From NCBI GenBank assembly GCA_023256355.1, contig JAGDXJ010000005.1, positions 1,222 through 65,221 on the forward strand: a stretch of DNA of 64,000 bases. Reading direction: 5' to 3'. The notes beneath the pieces are model-generated. The model saw nothing but the letters and a program-made list of their open reading frames with translations. It searched no databases and was not told the origin of the DNA. Shown here one piece after another: positions 56,937 through 64,000 of this stretch. Both the position numbers and the translations under genes were made by a program. The first letter of the stretch is position 1, and each line of letters starts with the position of its first letter. The DNA is from Nitrososphaerales archaeon. GTDB taxonomy: Archaea > Thermoproteota > Nitrososphaeria > Conexivisphaerales > UBA164.

Positions 56937-57662
56937 ATGTTAGCAGGAAAGCTGTTTAGAATAAACACAGAACAGAGCGTTGCATTTATAGCGGAGAAGC
57001 TATCAAGCTTTAAAATAACAAGGGAAGACGAAGAAACACACGTTCAGTTAAATTTTGAATTTTCTGTAGATGGATACGATGAATCTTCCCTTAACGGCAC
57101 GATTTACTATGATAAAGTTATAAAAGTAGGGACAAAAGAGGGGTACAAACCTGAAGTTTCAACGGTGAGGGTTCAGTTTTTCGTAAAAAACATAGGAGGT
57201 TATTATTTCCTTTTTATACTTGCAAAAAAGCCTCTGGCCAATTACCTGGCAAACGAATTCAGCAAAGCCGTGTTCATTAGGCCCGGTTATGTAGTTGAGG
57301 CAAGAATCGACCCGAATATATTCCTAGATTACTATAACAAAAGCCTTGAAGAAACGAGAGTTGCGTACTTTGACCAGATAGACATACCAAACGTAAACGT
57401 CCTAGCACTTTATGGAGATGCCCTTTCTCAAACTGATCTTTTCAAAATGTACCAGGAACACGGACTTTTATGGTACATAGTAGTTAGGGCAAAAAGCATA
57501 TCGCAGATAATAGGGTTAACCAGAAATTGTGTGATAACAATGTTTTCAAGAGGTACAGTCGAGGATATAGTAAAGTATGCTTTTGAAGAGGTAGCCCCAC
57601 TCGTAATAGAAAGTTTTAAAAAGAACAAACAGGAAAATCAAGAAGATACCAAAAATTCTTGA
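56937..57662 (+). CDS. Hypothetical protein (241 aa)
   Basis: The ORF begins 23 nt after the PAC2 gene. It has ordinary globular composition and no recognised motif. Confidence 0.45.
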   Translation: MLAGKLFRINTEQSVAFIAEKLSSFKITREDEETHVQLNFEFSVDGYDESSLNGTIYYDKVIKVGTKEGYKPEVSTVRVQFFVKNIGGYYFLFILAKKPLANYLANEFSKAVFIRPGYVVEARIDPNIFLDYYNKSLEETRVAYFDQIDIPNVNVLALYGDALSQTDLFKMYQEHGLLWYIVVRAKSISQIIGLTRNCVITMFSRGTVEDIVKYAFEEVAPLVIESFKKNKQENQEDTKNS

Positions 57663-57742
57663 ACATTTTACAGATCAATAACTCTCTGTTAAAAACACTG
57701 TCATGAGGTAATTTTATAAAACAGCTGATGAATGATTAGATC

Positions 57743-58273
57743 ATGCAGATAGGGATAGCTGCTCATAGTGGGGATGTTCCTGAAACGCTCATCAGGGAAA
57801 CGCAAAAACTCCTGGAACTTATAAAAAAAGATTGTGAAGATCCTGTTTTGCTCTTGGGAGGATACTGGGGTCTCATGAAAACTGTAGTGGACCAAGCTTC
57901 CAAACTTAATTTAAAGGTTTTGCTTTTACTTCCGATTGAAAACGAAAACGTCAGAGTTCCTAAAGGCGTCTATTTGATAAAAACAGGCGAAGAGTACAGG
58001 GCTAGGTCTGTGCCTATGGTCAGATCTTCTGATTTTTTGATAGCGCTTGGAGGCAGCTCGGGAACCATGATTGAAGCGCTCATGGGTTATGCAATGGGAA
58101 AAGAAGTATTTGTTTTAAAGGGCAATGGCATGCCTTCAGACAGGCTGGAAAGTTTGGGGGAGTTCCCCGATCAAAGAAAGAACGGAAGACTCAGATTTTA
58201 CGATAGCGCTGAAAAACTTGTTAATGATCTTTGCAGTTCAAGGGCATCAAAAGAGATAAGCGAAACAGGTTAA
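57743..58273 (+). CDS. TIGR00725/LOG-like Rossmann-fold protein
   Basis: 'LLLGGYWGLMKTVVDQA' and 'IALGGSSGTMIEA' resemble the LOG/TIGR00725 family. Confidence 0.6.
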   Translation: MQIGIAAHSGDVPETLIRETQKLLELIKKDCEDPVLLLGGYWGLMKTVVDQASKLNLKVLLLLPIENENVRVPKGVYLIKTGEEYRARSVPMVRSSDFLIALGGSSGTMIEALMGYAMGKEVFVLKGNGMPSDRLESLGEFPDQRKNGRLRFYDSAEKLVNDLCSSRASKEISETG

Positions 58274-58277
58274 AGGC

Positions 58278-59156
58278 TCAGGGAAGCTTACCGTTTAAAA
58301 AGGCCAGAACCCCGGCACCGACTATCACGGCATCTTCCCTAAGAGCTGCCGTCTTAATAACGGGCATTCTGTTCATTACGTATTTTTTTGTGAGTTCAGG
58401 GAGCTTTTTTAAAAAAAGTCCTTCGTTATGAAGGTAGACGCTGCCGCTCAATACAATAACATCAGGGTCATAAACGTTTATAACGCTGGCCAAACCTGCG
58501 GCGTTTATGTTCATGCATCTTTCTATAAACTCTGCAGCCTCCCGATTGCCATCATAGTACATCTTAAAAATTTCTTCAGAAGCATTAACTTTTTTACCTG
58601 TTGTCTTTTGATAAAATTTCGGCATGGACTTTCCGCCACAAAAAGCTTCCCAGTGACCTGTTTTTCCACACCCGCACTCAATCTTGTCTTCATAATTCAG
58701 CACAATGTGCCCTACCTCATGTGCGTTTCCATCTTTACCTATCAATATGTGGCCATCAACCATAACGCCAGCCCCTATGCCGCTGCTGAAGGTTAGGTAA
58801 ACGGCGTTTTCTGCCCCTTTTGCTTCCCCAAACTTTTTTTCAGCCAAAAGGCCGGCTATGCAGTCGTTGGTTATGTAGACCTTCCCGTATTCTTTTAAGG
58901 AATCGACGTAGTTAATAGTTAAATTGTTATAGTTTATCAGCGTAACCGTACCTTTTTTTAAGTTCATTGGCCCAGCACTTGCTATGCCGATACGGTTACA
59001 TGATTTTGAAAACTTTTCAAGGTAACCCATTATGTGATCCAGTGGGTTGACAGAGCCCTGCAGCTTAAAAGAAACCCTGTCCCTGAGCTCTTTACCTGTA
59101 AAAGTTGCCAGCCTTAAGTTTGTAGCCCCCACATCGACAGCTATTGCGCATTTCAA
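58278..59156 (-). CDS. ROK-family sugar kinase (glucokinase-like)
   Basis: 'AIAVDVGATNLRLA', 'GIGAGVMVDG' and the Zn motif 'GHIV...CGCGKTGHWEAFCGG'. Confidence 0.8.
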   Translation of the reverse strand: MKCAIAVDVGATNLRLATFTGKELRDRVSFKLQGSVNPLDHIMGYLEKFSKSCNRIGIASAGPMNLKKGTVTLINYNNLTINYVDSLKEYGKVYITNDCIAGLLAEKKFGEAKGAENAVYLTFSSGIGAGVMVDGHILIGKDGNAHEVGHIVLNYEDKIECGCGKTGHWEAFCGGKSMPKFYQKTTGKKVNASEEIFKMYYDGNREAAEFIERCMNINAAGLASVINVYDPDVIVLSGSVYLHNEGLFLKKLPELTKKYVMNRMPVIKTAALREDAVIVGAGVLAFLNGKLP

Positions 59157-59878
59157 CTTACAGCATCAACAAATTCAGCTATTGCAGAGGATATATCAAG
59201 GGTTATTACCTTATCCCACGCTATCGCGTTGGTTGTAATAACCTGAGCCATACCGCTTACTGCTTCTGGTGAGAACGCGAAAAAAGTGGAAAACAGGTAT
59301 GTTTTTATGCCTTTTTCCTTGTAGGTTTCGAGTATAGGAATGTATTTTTCAGGATCATCTACATAGTTATCTATCAGCAGGACAGAATCATCGCTTTTTC
59401 CCACAGAGCTTTCTATTATCTTTGCCTGAGTCGTAAGTTCTGAATTAAAAGTCATGACCTTTGTTTTTATACCGTTTTCTTTTAGAAACTTAATAAGAGT
59501 TGGTATAGCAGAAAGGTTCACAGAAGGTCTTGGCGTAAGCCCTATCTTGCTAACTGGTGTCAAGTCGAAAAATATTATTCTGCCGACAAAATCAAACCCA
59601 GCCATTTCCTCCATAAATTTTGATTGATCTCCTCCCTTTTGGTATGGTCCGGGCAGCAAAAGCAGTACTTCTATGTAACCCGAATCGTTCAGTTCTTTTA
59701 AAATTCTCTCAAGTTTTGTCCTTTCCTGTTCATAGTTTGTCCTGTAACTCCAGAGCACCATATATCTATCGTAAACTACGTTAGTTCCTGCCTGATATGC
59801 TGGGGCTTCACTGATTTTTGAAAGAGAAGAAGCTAATTTCTTGAGTCTTGGGTCAAAAATTATCGCATAATCCTTCAT
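59153..59878 (-). CDS. Hypothetical protein; possible degenerate ribose-phosphate pyrophosphokinase (Prs)-like fold
   Basis: The layout parallels Prs. 'VLLLLPGPYQKGGDQSKF' stands where 'PY..YARQDRK' is expected. 'VLLIDNYVDDPEKY' stands where the PRPP loop 'V.IVDDIIDTGGT' is expected. The catalytic residues are not conserved. The comparison is from memory only. Confidence 0.35.
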   Translation of the reverse strand: MKDYAIIFDPRLKKLASSLSKISEAPAYQAGTNVVYDRYMVLWSYRTNYEQERTKLERILKELNDSGYIEVLLLLPGPYQKGGDQSKFMEEMAGFDFVGRIIFFDLTPVSKIGLTPRPSVNLSAIPTLIKFLKENGIKTKVMTFNSELTTQAKIIESSVGKSDDSVLLIDNYVDDPEKYIPILETYKEKGIKTYLFSTFFAFSPEAVSGMAQVITTNAIAWDKVITLDISSAIAEFVDAVS

Positions 59879-60120
59879 TTCTGTTCTGTTTGTTCGTTTT
59901 GTGTGTTGCTTTCTGGCGTTTCCTCAATAGGCTTAGGAGCAGGCGTCGTTAAAAGCGTATAACCTATCCATGCAAGGATGCCCAAAAGAACAGCTACAAC
60001 CAGGAAAACCGTTATTTGCAGAACTATCAGGGGGTACATGAAGATCAAATATCCGTACACAAGTATAACCAGTATGCTTACAACCATTATTGTTGCACCC
60101 AAAATTTGATCTGTATTCAT
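59875..60120 (-). CDS. Small membrane protein (2 TM helices, acidic/polar tail)
   Basis: 81 aa, with two long hydrophobic segments. Its stop overlaps the downstream gene start by 4 nt. Confidence 0.45.
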   Translation of the reverse strand: MNTDQILGATIMVVSILVILVYGYLIFMYPLIVLQITVFLVVAVLLGILAWIGYTLLTTPAPKPIEETPESNTQNEQTEQK

Positions 60121-60195
60121 ATCAAAATTATAATAACAACATATTAAAAAGCATTTTGATTTGTAAGTTCTTGCTGGTTTAAGGTCCCGGTATTT

Positions 60196-60930
60196 TCAAT
60201 CAGCCTCTTCTTCTATTATGCTTCTAAGGTTTTTCAGCGTACCTAAATCGTAGCCATCCAGAGTAATTACTTTTAACTCCTGAAGCTTAAAATCGGTAAA
60301 AGGCACAGTTGCTTCAACATCTTCTACATAGTATCCTGATAACAGATCGTTAAACGGGGGCATTAAAATTATGGTCTTTGTGCTTTTTCTTCCTACAAGC
60401 CAAACCGGATACTTGCTGTTTTCATATTTTATGTAAAAATGCAGATGCGCAAGAACCAGCGTGCTGCTTTTCATACATTCATCAGAAGGTCTGGCATGGC
60501 CGTGAGCAAGCGCAACCTTTGCCCTTCCATTTTTTAGAACGATGCCTTCAGCCCCAGCAAAGCTGGCAAAGTTCCTTAGAATTTTATCTATGTATGCATC
60601 ATGGTTTCCCTGTATTATGGTTATCTTAAACAGCTTGGAAATTTCTTCAAAAACGGATACAAGTTCGCTTATTTCTTCTGCATGAGGCATCATTATGCTG
60701 TCCTTTACATCCCCAACGATTATCAGCTCTTCAGCACCGGTAAGATCCTTAAGTTCTTTTATCCTTTTTACGTATCTCTCTTTCTGTATCGGTATATAAA
60801 TACCGTTTTCTCTTTCTGAAATTTCGTATCCTATGTGAAGGTCTGCTATAGCCAGGTATCTATCAAAAATTAAAAGGGCTGGATAGCCCTCCACGAACTT
60901 TATATAATTAGGCAAAAGTTTATCGTGCAT
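60196..60930 (-). CDS. Metallophosphoesterase, SbcD/Mre11-related archaeal type (TIGR00024-like)
   Basis: 'IADLHIG', 'VGDVKD', 'QGNHDA', 'LAHGHA' and 'LAHLH'. The start is set at the ATG at 60930. The upstream 68 codons of the ORF are AT-rich, low-complexity sequence. Confidence 0.7.
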   Translation of the reverse strand: MHDKLLPNYIKFVEGYPALLIFDRYLAIADLHIGYEISERENGIYIPIQKERYVKRIKELKDLTGAEELIIVGDVKDSIMMPHAEEISELVSVFEEISKLFKITIIQGNHDAYIDKILRNFASFAGAEGIVLKNGRAKVALAHGHARPSDECMKSSTLVLAHLHFYIKYENSKYPVWLVGRKSTKTIILMPPFNDLLSGYYVEDVEATVPFTDFKLQELKVITLDGYDLGTLKNLRSIIEEEAD

Positions 60931-61070
60931 GCGCCATTTCTGTTTTGTCTGATTTGTTATAAAAGCAGTTATTAAATTCCTTTTTTGGATTTTAAACGCA
61001 AAATAAAAATAAATTATAAGAAAAAATTTTATTAGCAATCTTACCATAAAAATAGGGGAAAAAGACAACA

Positions 61071-61487
61071 TTGAAAGATAGAAGGCAGATAAACAAGTGG
61101 CAGGTTGAAAGTAAAAGGAAAGTTGCTTCTTCATTACATAAACTTTTTTCTGAAATCGATGATGAAAAAACCATCGTTGTAGTTGAAGGAAAAAGGGATT
61201 TTCTGGCTATTAAGAGTCTTGGATACAGGGGGAAGATTTTTCAGCTTTGCGGCAGCGGAAAAGGTACAGGAAACCTTGCGTCTGAACTTTCATTTTATAA
61301 AAAAGTTATAATCATGCTTGATTATGATAAAAAAGGAGAAAGTCTTACCAGGTCAGTTATAGAAAAGCTATCTTATGGGGGGGTTACAATAGACCTGAAC
61401 TTAAGAAAAAAGATCAGAGATATAGCCAAAGGCGTAGACCACATAGAAGATCTGAAAAAGTTTTCTCAGTACCTGGTACAAGAGTAA
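61071..61487 (+). CDS. Small Toprim-domain protein
   Basis: 'VVVEGKRDFLAIKSLG' carries the Toprim Glu and 'IIMLDYDKKGE' the DxD. 138 aa. The TTG is the only in-frame start. Confidence 0.6.
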   Translation: MKDRRQINKWQVESKRKVASSLHKLFSEIDDEKTIVVVEGKRDFLAIKSLGYRGKIFQLCGSGKGTGNLASELSFYKKVIIMLDYDKKGESLTRSVIEKLSYGGVTIDLNLRKKIRDIAKGVDHIEDLKKFSQYLVQE

Positions 61488-61499
61488 GGCTTTTAAAAT

Positions 61500-62288
61500 T
61501 CAAACCTGCTGTTCAAGGTAATCGTTTACAACGGAAAGCAGGGTAAAGTTTACAGTGCAAGGATCATCTTCTCCTTCTATGTATATTTTATCTCCATAAG
61601 GATAATAATTGCTTAAATTTATATAATTCTCCCAAACAAGTTTAAGGAAGCTCAGGTTTTCGTACGCATCAGGATTCGCGTTACGCTTTAACGAAGTTTC
61701 TGGCTTTATATCGAGTATCAGAGTAAGATCCTGCTTTGGTATGTTTTTCTCAAAGTCAAGTATTTTATCAGCCACTATGCCCTTTGCTAGATGGTAAACG
61801 ACGTTGCTTTCGCTCCAGCGCTTTGCCAAAACTATGTTCTTCTCTTCACCTAACCATCTGATAACGTTTTCAGCGTGCTGGGCCCTATCGAGGCTCCAAA
61901 GCATCCATGCCAGCTCTATTGTTTTTTTGCTTTCCGTAAGGTAATATTTTATCAGCCCTCCCAGCCTTGTTTCGTAGGAAGGCTGCATTATGGTATAAAC
62001 TCTGTAACCTTTTTCGGTTAAAAACCTGCTTAAAGGTTTAACACAACCGCTGCCCGAAATTGCTTGCGTTTCTTTACCAGATTTATCGATTCCGGAAATG
62101 ACTAAAAACTTTCCTTTTCTTAAATAATTTTTTTCCGAGATGATGTTCCTGTATGAGTTGACAACGTCTTCAGCAAGCATTTCATCATTAACATAATGTA
62201 AAACTTCTTCACGCTCGATGTGTTTTGCCCCTTTGTACCTTTCATATATTAACGATAACAGAGCTTCGAAATCTATCCTATTGCTCAT
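61500..62288 (-). CDS. Thymidylate kinase-like protein with N-terminal extension and atypical P-loop
   Basis: 'VISGIDKSGKETQ' (canonical G.DG.GK[ST]T), 'LWSLDRAQH' and 'AKRWSESNVVY' follow the dTMP-kinase layout. There are about 60 extra N-terminal residues. It overlaps the AcnX small-subunit gene by 11 nt. Confidence 0.6.
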   Translation of the reverse strand: MSNRIDFEALLSLIYERYKGAKHIEREEVLHYVNDEMLAEDVVNSYRNIISEKNYLRKGKFLVISGIDKSGKETQAISGSGCVKPLSRFLTEKGYRVYTIMQPSYETRLGGLIKYYLTESKKTIELAWMLWSLDRAQHAENVIRWLGEEKNIVLAKRWSESNVVYHLAKGIVADKILDFEKNIPKQDLTLILDIKPETSLKRNANPDAYENLSFLKLVWENYINLSNYYPYGDKIYIEGEDDPCTVNFTLLSVVNDYLEQQV

Positions 62289-62682
62289 CGATTAAGATCT
62301 CCCCGCTTTTTGCGTTTACTTTTATCGTTCTTTCTCTGTATTTTTTAAGAAGTTCAAAATCGTTCTGTGAAACTGTTAAAAGCGGTATATCGCTTATCGC
62401 ACAGCCTGAAGCAAGAAGAGCGTCTACGGATGAGCTGATCATAGCTACAGGCGCCCTTTTGTTTCTCTTGAGGCTGTAAATTATGTACGGAGCCACGGTG
62501 CTCCCTATCATATAAGGAAATGAAAGAATAACCCCTGTTATTTCAACAGCATTATCTTCAGCCTTTAAAATGCCCGTCTTGGGATCAACCATGCCAAGAA
62601 ACGAAACCGGTTTATCTATGACTTTTAACGTAGATCTTATCATTGAAGGACCTTCTACTATTACTTCAGCTTTTATGTTCAT
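62278..62682 (-). CDS. Aconitase X swivel domain protein (DUF126) = phosphomevalonate dehydratase small subunit candidate
   Basis: 134 aa. 'SFLGMVDPKTGIL' and 'GVILSFPYMIGSTV' are typical of DUF126. A 4-nt overlap links it to the UbiD-like gene. Confidence 0.7.
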   Translation of the reverse strand: MNIKAEVIVEGPSMIRSTLKVIDKPVSFLGMVDPKTGILKAEDNAVEITGVILSFPYMIGSTVAPYIIYSLKRNKRAPVAMISSSVDALLASGCAISDIPLLTVSQNDFELLKKYRERTIKVNAKSGEILIDEQ

Positions 62683-63974
62683 TTTTCTGATTCGCCAGGT
62701 ATTTTAGCCTCTCTAAACCTTTCTTTGTTAGCTCTTAAAGTTATCGTGGCGTCTATGCCGAGCTTGTCAGTCAGAAGCATTTCCTGGTCGCTTGAAGGGT
62801 CAAGGCTTGAACCTTTGGCGTTCTTGATCACGAGCAAACCTCTTGATGCCTGGAACCGTGTAGCGATCGCTCTTTCGACATCAACAGGGTTTTTTGGGTC
62901 TATATCGTCATCAACTACTATTGCAAGCTTAAGTGAAGGATGAGCGGCGAATGCCGCTATCATCGCGTTAACAGGCTCACCTTCAAGCTTTTTGTCAATC
63001 TGTATGACGGCGTGAAGCCATTTGCTCCCCCCTTCTGTCAAATACACTTTTTTTACCGAAGGAACAGAGCTTTTTACTTCTTTGTTCAGTTTAGCTTCTA
63101 CCGGGAAACCCATGAGCCATCTGTGCTCAGTACCTCCGGGCAAAACGTCCCAGTAAATCGGTTCATTTCTGCTGTATATTTTTTCAAAACGGATTACCGG
63201 CTGCTGTCTTGTATGGTCGTAGTTGCCCAGCATCTCCACCATGCTGTCAGAATCCTTTTCATCCTTGCTTATATAGCCTTCAATGATAAATTCCGCTTCG
63301 GGGATAGGCAACCCGTGCTCAGGGCTTTTATAAAATTCCAGACCATCAGCAAGAGAATTAGCAATATCCATTTCAAATGTGCCCAGAGGAGCCTGGTAAG
63401 CCGCGGCAAGCTCCACAGCCGGGTGAACACCTATGACGATAGCAACAGGTGTGTCCCTGCCTGCGTTCTTCCACATGTTCCAGATAGCATGAAGATGTCT
63501 GCCTTCTACCATTCTTATAACGCCTTTTCCATTTCCAAGCAGCCTTATCCTGTGCACGCTGGCGTTTAATATTTTTTTATCAGGGCTCTGAGCTATCACT
63601 ATGCTAGAAGTCATATAGTAACCAAGGTCATTTTCGAAATGCCATACTGCTGGAATATTTACATCTGAAATTTTAACATATTCTTTTAAATCAGCGTCCT
63701 TAAGCGAAATCTTCTTTGGCGATCCTGAAGAAGACATGAACTTATCGTGAATGTTTTGTGGATCTGTTCCGAAAGCGATGGCCATGGTTTCTTCGGATAT
63801 TATAAGGTTAGATACTATGTAACCATTTTTTCCTTTAGGCCTTACTCTTATCGGTGAGTTTGTATTTTTTTCAAAAAGTGCAACTTCAAATTTTGTTTCG
63901 GCTTCACCTAAATCTTTAAGCAGTTTTTTATCTTGAAGGCTACCTAAATAGCTTCGCAAATTATTTCTTACCAT
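62679..63974 (-). CDS. UbiD-family decarboxylase = anhydromevalonate phosphate decarboxylase candidate
   Basis: 431 aa with a UbiD-like layout ('VHRIRLLG...RMVEGRHLHAIW', 'VAIVIGVHP'). It is translationally coupled to the AcnX small subunit, as expected for the archaeal mevalonate pathway. Confidence 0.7.
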   Translation of the reverse strand: MVRNNLRSYLGSLQDKKLLKDLGEAETKFEVALFEKNTNSPIRVRPKGKNGYIVSNLIISEETMAIAFGTDPQNIHDKFMSSSGSPKKISLKDADLKEYVKISDVNIPAVWHFENDLGYYMTSSIVIAQSPDKKILNASVHRIRLLGNGKGVIRMVEGRHLHAIWNMWKNAGRDTPVAIVIGVHPAVELAAAYQAPLGTFEMDIANSLADGLEFYKSPEHGLPIPEAEFIIEGYISKDEKDSDSMVEMLGNYDHTRQQPVIRFEKIYSRNEPIYWDVLPGGTEHRWLMGFPVEAKLNKEVKSSVPSVKKVYLTEGGSKWLHAVIQIDKKLEGEPVNAMIAAFAAHPSLKLAIVVDDDIDPKNPVDVERAIATRFQASRGLLVIKNAKGSSLDPSSDQEMLLTDKLGIDATITLRANKERFREAKIPGESEK

Positions 63975-64000
63975 CGTTTTAATAATCCTGTCTTCCCTTA

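Noticed and set aside
57725-57782. Possible C/D-box sRNA, with CTGATGA at 57725-57731 and CTGA at 57779-57782.
   Set aside because: There are no convincing internal D'/C' boxes and no terminal stem. The candidate overlaps the start of a protein-coding gene, so it is probably a chance match.
60931-61134. 68-codon N-terminal extension of the phosphoesterase ORF, which looks like a TM segment.
   Set aside because: It is a translation of an A/T-rich spacer (F/I/L/K-rich) and would overlap the divergent Toprim gene. The family's usual N-terminus matches the ATG at 60930.
62940-63569. 209-codon plus-strand ORF inside the UbiD-like gene. Similar long antisense ORFs occur at 6538-7011, 37902-38405, 12614-12988, 44102-44452, 21877-22224, 58428-58796 and 53976-54356.
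   Set aside because: Each lies entirely antisense to a gene with strong family motifs. Their composition is odd (rich in F, S, C, R and H, with low complexity) and none has a promoter or Shine-Dalgarno sequence. These are typical shadow ORFs.
1-64000. CRISPR arrays, rRNA genes, IS elements or transposases, prophage genes and long tandem repeats.
   Set aside because: I scanned intergenic regions and ORF products by eye. I saw no regularly spaced repeats, no integrase, transposase or cas-like proteins, and no rRNA-like G+C-rich segments. A by-eye scan cannot rule out short or degenerate repeats.

Overview
AT-rich, tightly packed archaeal chromosomal segment. It holds about 70 protein genes and one tRNA-Lys, with many ATGA-type start/stop overlaps. 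I saw no rRNA, CRISPR array, transposase or prophage. Archaeal identity rests on topoisomerase VI A/B, GatDE, aIF2-gamma, RpoN, aCPSF1, glycerol-1-phosphate dehydrogenase and an archaeal-type mevalonate pathway; I cannot place the lineage without a search. Most content is housekeeping: aspS-gatCAB and gatDE, proteasome beta plus a PAC2 chaperone, two beta-CASP RNases, a KH-top6B-top6A operon, rpoN-eno-rps2 and GluRS. Isoprenoid and lipid genes are unusually concentrated: mvk-ipk-idi2-GGPPS, both aconitase-X-type phosphomevalonate dehydratase subunits, a UbiD-like decarboxylase, egsA, a CDP-alcohol phosphatidyltransferase and uppS. Points most worth a second look: (1) a 152-aa mini-intein sits exactly inside the GTPase P-loop of aIF2-gamma. 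(2) An accessory-looking block at 16.1-21.1 kb combines a processive-type GT2 synthase, an archaeal P-loop ATPase, an orphan protein with a nuclease-fold-like C-terminus, and a split FlaJ/TadC-like platform pair with no secretion ATPase or pilin nearby. (3) Thymidine kinase and a thymidylate-kinase-like gene both carry aberrant Walker A loops, and each lies directly downstream of one dehydratase subunit. (4) An archaemetzincin lacks its catalytic Glu. (5) A degenerate PRPP-synthetase-like gene is coupled to a ROK kinase. (6) Several orphan genes and one 372-bp gap remain unexplained. All family calls come from motif recognition by eye; no database search or structure prediction was run.
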